In this document: piece after piece, positions 51,641-64,000 of the stretch
How the letters are laid out: every line of letters begins with the position of its first letter
How positions within the stretch are numbered: the first letter of the stretch is position 1
NCBI GenBank assembly: GCA_951406725.2
Contig: OX597819.1
Location: 14,632,001 to 14,696,000, forward strand
Length of the DNA: 64,000 bases
Reading direction: 5' to 3'
Origin: Octopus vulgaris
Lineage: Eukaryota
Notes under the pieces: model-generated
The model's input: the letters and a program-made list of their open reading frames with translations, nothing else
Told to the model about the DNA's origin: nothing
Database searches by the model: none
Program-made: the position numbers and the translations under genes

Positions 51641-52444
51641 TACATACATTAGGTGAAGAAGCTCCTTTCAAATGTTTTCAGGATGTAAAAGCGTGATCGT
51701 CGGCAACTGGTGATTCTGTCATTGTGCTTCCTCTATTCACTGGCAGAGGGCGTCGTATGCACCTGTTCTGTCTACCACACCAGGACAATAATTATAAAGG
51801 TGACCCATTGTTGGAGCCTGCATACCTCTGTGTTGTAGCTCGACCCACAAAGAATAGTAACCAAATTACCTCAAAATTTGGTTGTCTTCAAAAGGCAAGG
51901 AGGTGGATAAATGTATCGGAGAGTAATTTTGTTGACGTGTTGTGTCAGAACAAAATGGCGCTGGATCATGGAGGAACCGTCTTGGATGACAGGACTGCTA
52001 AGTCAAGACTAACCCGTGGTTCAATAACATCATCATCATCATCATCATCATCATCCTTACCGTTGTCGTCGTCGTCGTGCTCATCATCAACAACAAGACG
52101 CAAGGTGGTCGTTGGATTTGCTAGAAATAGTAGACATATTTAGTATTGTAGACCCAGATGCATGTCTGACAAAAAAAAAACCCCAAAAAGACTAGATGGG
52201 CATGGTCGTAACGGCTTTGTATGATGATCCGTGGGATTCGTACCAACCTGGGGGCAAAACTGTAACTACAATTCCATGAGAATAATAATTGAATGCCAAA
52301 TAACAAAGTTACCGAGAGAGCATCTGACCATGATGGAGGCCTCAACAAGGTCACTCCTCATCTAGGAAATAGCAACCAAATCTCCCTCAAATCACACTTT
52401 ACTGCATTAAAAATGTCCACACTAAATGAAAGATGTATTGGAGA

Positions 52445-52941
52445 CTAGCAGTATCGCCCGGCGTTGCTCGGGTTTGTAAGGGAAATAACTATATAAGTAT
52501 TTTTAGAGTTACTTCCCTTATAGATGCCAATTCGGGCTTTCTTAGCCATTTCTGTTTTGGTGTCTTCAAGCCATGAAGTCGTTGTTCTAAAAGAACGCTG
52601 GTCTCCTTGACAACGCTTTACGACGTTGATTTCCTTACACTCCCTTCCCCACAGCTTCACGAGGGAGAAGCAAACAGGTGCAGGTGTGACCATGGACGCC
52701 AATTCCGCCGCCATCGACACACGAAAAATTATGCATTAAAATGGAATAAAAAATTATGTTAACTTATTTTTAAAATCGTAGACTCATCGTAGACGCGCGC
52801 TAATACTCAGACGGGCTCGATATGAATCACGACTATAAGATACCCGAATTTGGTTAAACTGCACCGCAAAATGTGGGAGTAGTTAGGAATCTAAATCGAA
52901 GGGGACAGACACTCACACAACTACAGTTTTATATATATAGA
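52445..52941 (-). mobile_element. Non-autonomous Helitron
   Basis: Minus strand A|TC start, cccgagcaacgccggg hairpin, CTAG|T end, no TSD; 3' end shared with 62429. Confidence 0.85.
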
Positions 52942-53669
52942 TGATTTGGATGGGTTTCATATCTCTACTTAATCAGGGACCACCTGGGGTTAAGCAGCAA
53001 TAAGTGAGTCTTGGACGATCTAAGGATGGAACTCTACGCAGCTACTCTATATGCTGCTAGAAATAGCACTCAAGTTTCCCTCGAATTTCAATCTACTTAT
53101 TTAGAAAAAAAAACGGAGAGTCAAGACAATTGAAAAACGAAGAATTAAGACTATTGAAAAGGTTGCAAGACACAATGAAAATTTTAGGAAAATAAAAATG
53201 AGAAATAAGTGGAAATTTTACCGGTGAGTGTGTTACATTATAAGGCACAAAAGGAAAATGACCCTCCCCAGACACAGCTTCAGCACACGAACCCTCATAA
53301 AGAATCTTGCAAACCAAATCCCAAAACGAAAAACGAAGAATACGTTGGGTAATGTAGTTCTTGATACTTTGTGGAATGGTCATGGTGAGACCGTTTTTGA
53401 TGATAGTCCTGCTTGAGCAAGGCTCACCTGGGCTTTGACAATAATAAGAAAAGCAAGCTATACAGCCAAGCTGCGAGTAGTGTTGTTAGGGTGTAACGAG
53501 TGGTGGTGGTGGTGATGACGAGGGTGGTGTTGGTGATGACGAGGGTGGTGGTGGTGGTGGTGGTGGTGGTGACGGTTAGAATAATAAGGTCAGTGAGGCA
53601 CGACATGAATGAAGCGGGTTTTGTGTTTGCATATGTGTAGTGTTTGGTCTATTGCTGTGGAGGTGTACT

Positions 53670-53716
<47 letters not shown>

Positions 53717-54072
53717 GCATACTTGTACAAGTGTATGCATGCCTGTGTATGCGTGTGTACATAAGAACATATGCACTCTCTCTCTCTCTCTCTCTCTCTT
53801 TCTTACTCTCTCACACTCTCTGTCTCATTCCCTCGCCCTCTCTCTCTCTCTCTTCCTCTCCCTCTGCCGCAATCATTCCACCACGTCCATTACATTCGAA
53901 GCAGCCTCCATGTGGTCGCTCCACTTGCTAAAAATAGCAACCAAATTTCATTCGTATCACGTGTTACCGACTTTTAAAATAATAGAACAAGTCGATAATG
54001 TGGTCCTGGATACTCACGATTGACCTGTATTCGATCAATAGGTCCGATATACACGCGTTGACCAGGGGTTAC

Positions 54073-54106
<34 letters not shown>

Positions 54107-54177
54107 AACCAACCGCCGCCCCCACCACCACCACCACCACTACCACCACCACCACCACCACCACCACCACCACCACC

Positions 54178-54230
<53 letters not shown>

Positions 54231-54577
54231 AACTACTACTACCACTACCGCCACCGCTGTATCATCAGAAAGTTAAGCGATATCTAACAGGCAAAATTCT
54301 GATCAAAGGTATTCCAGCAATGACCATCACGTCTGTTTTGTCTGTCATGGACTACATTGTGGAATATATCTTGTATTTTGTACGGTAGGCTGTGAATTAA
54401 AGAAATTTTGGCTGTTATTTCTGGCAGATCGACGAATCGAATAAAAGTTCTCTTGTTGGTTGGTGAATATTATTGTCATTGTTGTTTTGCCCGAGGACGG
54501 TACTGATTGAGTAGATTTATAATCAAAAGCGTTTTCACCATGCCCATCCTGTAAATTTTTCCATCTAAAAATAATTA

Positions 54578-54712
54578 TTTACATTTGACGGATATTTGTC
54601 CTCATCTTGTTTATTGTTAATACGTTTCGGCTGATATACCCTCCAAGCCTTCATCAGGTGTCTTAGGGAAATTTTGAACCTGGGTTCTCATTCCTAAGGT
54701 ACTTTTCGATGC

Positions 54713-54790
<78 letters not shown>

Positions 54791-54792
54791 TA

Positions 54793-54889
<97 letters not shown>

Positions 54890-55074
54890 TTGAAAAATAC
54901 CTTAGGAATGAGAACCCAGGTTTGAAATTTCCCCAAGATACCCGATGAAGGTTGGAGAGTACATCAGCCGAAACGTTGTGTTAACAACAAACAAGATGAT
55001 GACAAATATCCGTCGAATGTAAATAATGTAAATAATGTACATAATTCCTCATCTCTTAAATACAGAACTGTATT
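54578..55074. mobile_element. Penelope-like inverted pLTR pair with (ATT)n spacer; hammerheads at 54617-54662 (-) and 54937-54982 (+)
   Basis: Same family as 21959-22236; imperfect TSD atcta(a/g)aaataa(t/c)ta. Confidence 0.8.
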
Positions 55075-55524
55075 ATCTAGAAATAACTACATGATACAAC
55101 ATGCCCATCTTTTTTTCAAGACAGTCAAGTGTAATTTGAGAAGATTTTACTGCTGTTTCTAGCTGGTCCAGTGACTATCTAGAAGCTGTTTTTGTTGTGA
55201 TTGTTGTTGTTGTTGGTGGTGGTGGTGGTGCTTAGTTGCAGATCAGCTATGTTGCTAAAGAACAAAGATAAAAGAAAGCATAGAAGAATAAACGCTAAAT
55301 ACAATCCCCAAAGGCAGACTCTATGACGCATGCGTCCTGAGGCTATTACTATATGGTTCCAAGTCATTGGTTCCCTACTCAAGGCTCATGAAAATACTGA
55401 ATTCAGTGAGCTTTCCCAAAGTGCGCTAATAAGAGGAAGACCTAAGTTTCGTTTGAAAGAGCCTCCATATTGTTCACAGCAAATGGTGTCAAATGCCGTA
55501 TTGCTAATGATAGGACAGACTGAA

Positions 55525-56120
55525 GAACAACAACAGCACTCAGAGAGCGAAAACTTCCGCCAAGACAACACCAATGTCCTCTGAACGATTAGCCGGAGAT
55601 GATTTTTAAAATGAGAATATCTAAAATAAACTCGACTGCTCTCACAAGCGAGAATACTAAAAATGAACCCGATTGCTTTTAAAAATTATGTTACACATTC
55701 ATATCTATGTGTATACGTGCATCCCCACTCTTGGCACTATTTTGTTAGTGAATAGTACAAACTGTGTGTAAAGTATATGATGTATCACTACGCTGAATGT
55801 CGAGTCCGTGTAACATGAATAGTAAATAAACACGTAAACAATAACAATGGCTTTCATTTGGTTGTCTCTCCCATTAGAACCCAAACTACACATAACAAAT
55901 TAGATAAAATAAAAAAACAGGAAAAATAATCCAGACTCCTTGTCCGGTACCGGATTGATCCCAAAATCTAATCAGTTCATGCCAGTTACGAGGTCAAACA
56001 TCCTTGAAAGTTTCATCCGAATCCATCCAGTGGTTCTTGAGATACCTTGTCCACGAACAAATATACAAACAAACACGACTGAAAACAATACCTCTGCCTT
56101 CGCGAAGGCAGAGGTAATAA
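55525..56120. mobile_element. Helentron/DINE-1-like non-autonomous element
   Basis: Terminal 28-bp perfect palindrome tacctctgccttcgcgaaggcagaggta (56089-56116), related ttccgccaag near the other end, (CAAA)n; second copy at 63780-64000. Confidence 0.6.
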
Positions 56121-56184
56121 TCAACAGATGTGTCGTTATTATGCAACTGGAGATTAATGTTCTCTCCAGACTGGCAGCCGTCCA

Positions 56185-56286
56185 CATTGGTCTCTGCTCT
56201 TCGATCATTGGTCTCTGCTCTTCGATCATTGGTCTCTGCTCTTCGATCATTGGTCTCTGCTCTTCGATCATTGGTCTCTGCTCTTC
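56185..56286. repeat. 21-bp minisatellite, about 4.9 copies
   Basis: cattggtctctgctcttcgat repeated. Confidence 0.95.
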
Positions 56287-57190
56287 ACCGCTAGAGAATC
56301 TGGTCCCACATCCACTCAGACACTCTCACCTCACTTCTCTCTCCTCCTTTCATCATTCATGTTGTGGTTAACCCCACTCCCGAACCACACTAACTCCCTA
56401 CTCCCAGTCATGCCTCTCCAAAATGTCGGCCCTCTGTTTGAGCTGACATCAAAGTCGTTGGTTTTGGAGGGGCTGTGAAGGCTTCGGGCATTGTCCCTCT
56501 CTCCAGATCCATAAAACAAACAAAAAAAGCACATATACATGAACATAAATAACTGGACCTCCGTCGATTTCGACAATAAGTATTCAGTTGTTTTATCAAC
56601 GGAATTCATTATCAAAATAAGTGGTTGAGTATTCCTGAGACATATCTGTACTGTAAACGCAATCCTCACGCAGAATCCGAATAACACAATGTGGGACATG
56701 GATAGCTCTATCGACGCGCTTCAGTACAGTTTCCCTCAACCCAGTTTCACTTATCGGACAATCGTTCAGCCGAAGCGATAGCAAGTGACACTTAAGATAA
56801 CAAAGACTGGGACCGAACCTGTGACGTTGTGATCACGAAATGAACTTCTTAAACATTCAGTCATTCTGTGTCAACATACGCCCAGATCAGGTATTGAGAG
56901 ACTTATATCAGGGCGATAGGGGGTGGAGACAAAGAAGAGAAGATTGAATGAACTTTCTTTACTCGGCAATCTTGAGTTCAAACTCAACCTGAGTCGATTT
57001 TCACTTTTCATCTTTGGGACGTTAATAAAAGAAAAATGCTGCGAAACCGGAAATTGATTTGCTATCGATTTACCTACTTTTTGGCACAAGTTAATCGCTT
57101 TGTGTCAGTCCAAGAAATCGATATAATACAACTAAATGAATTCTCAACGGAAACACAAATATCCACAAACGTGAATGAATGAATGAATGA

Positions 57191-57244
<54 letters not shown>

Positions 57245-57769
57245 GTGTGTGCGTGTGTAAAATGGATACTAATATACAAATAAAAGATCAATTGTTGAAA
57301 AGTAAAGTGGGCGTTTTTGATTACATTGACAACAAGATATATATTAACACTCGTGTACACATTAATGTATATGATTGTTTGATTACACACACACACACAC
57401 ACACACACATACACCTGTATGTATATGTATATCATATATGTGTGTACACATATATATGTTTGTGTACACACACATACTCACACACCTACGCATATATATT
57501 ATTATGAATTTTGTTGATCTCAAAGCGTACAAAAACGAAAGTAAACTCGATGGGAATTGAACTCATCATGTATAGACATGAAATTTAAGCCTATCAGTCA
57601 TTAAGTTTGATGTCCTATTGTTTGTACTGAGATCAATGTTTAACTTAGAGTGGAGACACACATTTTAGTCGTAAGGATTGTAAAATATTGTAAAATATTG
57701 TAAAATATTGTATAACTAAATGTTGCATCGCGTAGTTTACATCATTCTATCAATTTCTAACCTATTAAT

Positions 57770-58450
57770 CTCTACCAATCATTCTACCAATCATTCTACC
57801 AATCATTCTACGAACCATTCTACTAGTTTCTACCAATCTCAATGGATCTCTATGAAGCATTCTACAAATTTCTATCAGTTACTCAATCGATCTCTACCAA
57901 TTATTCTACCAGTTTCTACCAATCACTCAATCGATCTCTACCAATCATTCTACTAGTGTCTCCCAATCACTCTCCCAATCGTTCTACCAGTTTCTACCAA
58001 TCACTCTATTATCTCTACCAATCAATCTACCAGTTTCTACCAATCACTCTATCGATCTCTACAAATCATTTTACCAGTTTCTACCAATCACTCTATCAAT
58101 CACTAGCAATCCTTCTACCAGTTTCTACCAACCACTCTATCGATCTCTACCAATCATCTTACCATTTTCTATCAGTCACTCAGTCAATCATTCTACTAGT
58201 GTCTACCAATCATTCTACCAATTTCTACCAATCACTCAATCGATCTCTACCAACCATTCTACCAGTTTCTACCAATCACAACCAATATCTGCCAAATCAC
58301 TCAACTAATTTATGCCAATCACTCTACTAGTATCTGCCAATCATTTTATCAGTATCTGCCAACCACCTCGCAATATCTCTCGATCAGTCTACCAATTTCG
58401 GCCAAATACTCCACCTGTATCTGCCAATATATTTCAATCAAATCTACCAC
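57770..58450. repeat. Degenerate minisatellite built on tctaccaatca / tctaccagtt
   Basis: Seen directly. Confidence 0.85.
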
Positions 58451-59398
58451 TTTCTGTCAATGCCTCAGTCAATTCCTTCCAACCCATCGCTATTTTGTTT
58501 CTGATACTGTATATCGCAGTCACGTTACTTCTACACAGCAGAGCGAAAAACACGAAATACGATGTCCCTCACGACCACCACCACGTCCAATATTCAATAA
58601 GTGATAAATTTGAAATTAAGACATATTGAAAATATGACAAGGCAACGTAATTGTCTCTCATCTTCTTTTGTGTCTTCTCAGTTAGAATCGAGCTCTCCAT
58701 GGGCAAACATCCCTCTAGCGTTCAAGTTTCATAGCACACAAATGAAACACTTGTTCCATCCTGGAAGATTCCGTGTCGGAACAAATAACAAAACTCCATC
58801 ATCAATAACGTCATTTCATAGGTGGCGCCATAGTTTCTGCGACTATAGACAATTACCAATGCTTTCAGGCAGACATGACAGCTTGGGTGTAGTTGCCTTC
58901 ATAACTAAGCAAATCTGAAGAATCCACGTGCCCAACGCCACCACACACACACACACACACACACACAAGCAGCTGGTGGAAAACATGTCCTTTCAATATT
59001 TGGGCCATCACCAAGCAGCGGGGTGGGGGGATCGAACCCTGGAAAAAATATGCCATGGTAACCCTTGGTAGGCTGAGAAGGTAGGTACAGGAAGATGGTG
59101 TGTGACAAACAGCCCAGTTCAGAATGTATAAAGTTCTTATATTTTGTTTCCTGCACATCTCTAAGACTAAAACAAATTATTAGTGACATCTCGATAATCT
59201 GGAGACACCATCGGATAAGTCTAAGGAACCCTATACTGTAGATAAGGGGCGGGAAAAGAGTGATTACAGTTAGCGTGCTAGGGGCAAGCCAACATCTCTG
59301 CCATTGGTGCTATGATTCCACGAAATTAACTTCGGTAGGCTGGTCATGATGTGCGAATTGGTCCATCGGTTATTTAAATGATTGCTTTAGTCACCATT

Positions 59399-59738
59399 CG
59401 GAGACCCCCTTCGGTCACGACACAGACCATGAGGCTGCACCTAGAAAGTTACCCTCCTAGACACAAGTCCGGGCGAAGTTGTTTATGGAAGACCAGCAGT
59501 CGCCCATGCATACCAGCCTCCTCTCTCCACGCCACCAGTGTTATCCAAGGGAAAAGCAAAGGCCAATACAGCTTGGCACCTGTGACGTCGCAACTCATTT
59601 CTACAGCTGAGTGAACTGGAGCAACGTGAAATAAAGTGCCTTGCTCAAGAACACAACACGCAGCCCGGTCCGGGATTCGAGCTCACAACCTCGCGATCGT
59701 AAGCTCGACGCTCTAACCACTGAGCCATGCGCCTTCAC
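59399..59738 (-). mobile_element. SINE family D, full length
   Basis: tggctcagtgg / gagctcgaatcc boxes; 12-bp TSD ttagtcaccatt (59387-59398 / 59739-59750). Confidence 0.9.
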
Positions 59739-60684
59739 TTAGTCACCATTAAATGAAGGAATTCTCCCACGAGAAGAACGGGGGCAGTTTCAAGACAAAC
59801 TGGAAAAGAGTGACATCAGTGTGTACCTTGAGCGGGTTACCTCAGTTCTGTAGTCAGTGAGTCGAAAGAATATAGAATTTATCAGTATTACTCAACTACT
59901 ACCACCACCACAGCCGCAACCACCACTATCACAACTATCACCTACACAACAACCACCCTCTTTTCGACCATTACTACAACCATTACCTCCACCATCATTG
60001 CCACTAGCGCCAACTCCATCATTGCCACCATCACCACAACAAATAATTACAACCAGCATCACCACCACCACCACCACCACCACCACAACAACAACAACAA
60101 CAACAACAAGAAACCCTAAGAGCTGTACAACCATCACAACCTTTTTATGCTTCACTGAAAATGTTTAGTTCACATATCTTCAATGAAATGTCGGTTCCGC
60201 TGGCTGAACAGCGCATGTTGGACATATGGTGGATGTTAAGTTGCTTTCAACTCGTTCCACATCAATGATTCATGTCTCTTCTATACAGGTTCGTTCCTCA
60301 TTCTCACCCATGCAATTCAACAATTACTTTTGTATCTCACCTTTCTGGCTTTTTTTTTTTTGTTTCTTTTCTTTTTTTGTTTTCAAAAAATTTTTTTTCA
60401 TATGATTCTCTCCGTTATTTTCTCTCTCAAAACTAATTCAGAATCCCATACACACACACACACACACGCACACACACACGCAAACAAACAAACACATAAA
60501 CACACGCACACACACTACCTAGCATGCATACACATACACATACACACACTCACACACACATATGTAGATATGTGTGTATATATGTGTGTGTGTATGTATA
60601 TATAAATATATGTCTGTCTGTACCTGTATGAATGTATGTATGTATGTATGTATGTATGTATGTATGTATGTATCTATCTATCTG

Positions 60685-60805
<121 letters not shown>

Positions 60806-61000
60806 ATTATATACATATATATATATACATATATACATATTATATACATATATATATATATTGTGTGTGTATGTGTATGTATATATGTATATATAAATAC
60901 GTGCATATGTATATATATGCATTCATACATATACATACACACACACATATATACGTATCTATAAATACATAATATATATATATATAGTATCTATAAATAC

Positions 61001-61088
<88 letters not shown>

Positions 61089-61091
61089 TCA

Positions 61092-61123
<32 letters not shown>

Positions 61124-61316
61124 TGCATGTGTGTGCGTGTGTGTGTGTGTGTATACATACAGAGTCGCTAATAAGACACATATGCACTCCACAGGGTACA
61201 GCATAATTAGTTTCGGCAAGGTTTTATTATTCAGCAAAAAATGCTCCAAAACAACCCTCCTTAAAATTATGAATGATGTGGATCTACATCAGACGTCTTT
61301 AGAGAGAGGGGGAGGG

Positions 61317-61356
<40 letters not shown>

Positions 61357-61444
61357 GCGACAGAGCGAGGGAGAAGTCGAGAGTGAGAGCGGGAGAAAGA
61401 TGAAGGAAGAGAGAAAGCGATAAAGGGAGTGAGAAAAAGAGAGA

Positions 61445-61479
<35 letters not shown>

Positions 61480-61851
61480 TGAAAGAGTGAGAGAGAGAGA
61501 CTCGGATACAGGATGGCAGGGAAATATCTGTAATCGTTCCTTGTAAGCATGCCTATGCATGTGTGAATTATATGTTACACGCACACACACACGCGCGCAC
61601 ACACACACATACATACATACATACATACATACATACATACATACATACATACATACATACATACATACATACATACATACATACATACATACATGTATAT
61701 GTGTGTGTGTATGTGTGTGTATGTTCGTATATACATACATATGCATAAATATACACATATATATATATGCACACATACATGCCTATAAATATAGTAATAT
61801 ACGTACCTATGTATACACGCGCACACACACCTACACATATGTTCATACGTG

Positions 61852-61891
<40 letters not shown>

Positions 61892-62107
61892 AAATATATA
61901 TAAAATATATACATATGCATTTATATATGTATGTATGTATATGCATATATGTAAATATATATATATATATATATACATAAAATATATATAAAATATATCT
62001 ATGCATTTATATATGTATGTATATATATGCATATATATATATATATATATATCGATGCTCCAGCATGGCCGCAGTCTAATGATCAAAACAGCTAAAAGGA
62101 TAAAAGA

Positions 62108-62195
<88 letters not shown>

Positions 62196-62204
62196 AACTC
62201 TTGC

Positions 62205-63018
<814 letters not shown>

Positions 63019-63225
63019 GGCTGTGGCCATGCTGGAGCACCACCACTGAAAAAACGCCACCCCAATTTGGTAGTGAAGCGACTAATCAATTACATCGACC
63101 GCTGTGGAACTTAATTTATCGACCCCGAAAGGGTGAAATGTATAGATGACGTCAGCGGAATTTGAGCTCAGAACGTAGCGACGGGCGAAATACGGCTAAG
63201 CATCTTGTCCGGCATTCTAATACTA

Positions 63226-63273
<48 letters not shown>

Positions 63274-63285
63274 GTGGTGGTGATA

Positions 63286-63330
<45 letters not shown>

Positions 63331-63369
63331 GTGGTAATAATGATGATGATGATGATGATGACGATGATG

Positions 63370-63445
<76 letters not shown>

Positions 63446-63544
63446 TAATAATAATAATAATTCTTTCTTTACTGGCCACCTGAGCTGAACACAAAGCATG
63501 ACGACACACAGACAGTGAGGTTAAACGAATAATAATAATAATCT

Positions 63545-63760
63545 TTTCTTTTCTACTTTAGACACAAAGGCCGATATTTTGGGGGTGGGGGCCAGTCGAT
63601 TAGATCTACCCCAGTACTCAACTGGTACTTAATTCATTGACCCCGCAAAGGTAAAAGGTAAAGTCGACCTCGACGGAATTTCAACTCAGAACATTCAAAG
63701 GGACCAAATGCCACTAAGCATTTCGTTCGGTGGGCTAACGATTCTGCCAGCTCGCCGCCT
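63545..63760 (-). mobile_element. SINE family B (alternative tail); another diverged copy at about 63080-63225
   Basis: Homology of head and core. Confidence 0.8.
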
Positions 63761-63779
63761 TAATAAAGATAATGATAAC

Positions 63780-64000
63780 AAGAGCACTCAGAGAGCGCAA
63801 ACCTCCGGCAAGGCAATACCAACGTCCTCTAAACGATTAGCCAGGGATGAGCTTTAAAATTAAAATATCTGAAATAAACTCGAGTGCTCTCACAAACCAG
63901 AATACTAAAAATGAACCCGGCCGCTCTCAAAAGTTAAGTAAAAAAAAAAAAAAAAATCCAGAATTATTTCCTGGTACCGGATCCATCCCAGAATCTAATC
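63780..64000. mobile_element. Helentron/DINE-1-like element running off the window
   Basis: Homologous to 55535-55975. Confidence 0.7.

Noticed and set aside
58682-58870. Possible coding exon after a strong polypyrimidine/AG
   Set aside because: One open frame but an unrecognisable peptide and no convincing donor.

Overview
AT-rich eukaryotic, repeat-dominated DNA, either intergenic or intronic. The dense (TA)n/(CA)n/(TATG)n/(AAT)n microsatellites and the SINE families look like an octopus (coleoid cephalopod) genome; this is recognition of repeat style, not a database result. No intact host gene is recognisable, and nearly all ORFs in the track are microsatellite or SINE translations. The real coding remnants all belong to transposons: a 3'-truncated L1/Tx1-type LINE (ORF1 plus APE endonuclease), an ORF1-only LINE derivative, a Dong/R4-type RLE fragment in (TAA)n, and Tc1 and mariner transposase relics. 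Also present are four tRNA-derived SINE families (labelled A-D here), Helitron/Helentron-type non-autonomous elements and MITEs. The most interesting signal is non-coding: several unrelated short elements carry hammerhead ribozyme motifs. These include Penelope-like inverted-repeat insertions with a hammerhead on each strand and target-site duplications (TSDs). There is also a candidate HDV-like ribozyme at the 5' end of an RTE-like element. All folds and alignments were done by eye, and coordinates of degenerate repeats are approximate.
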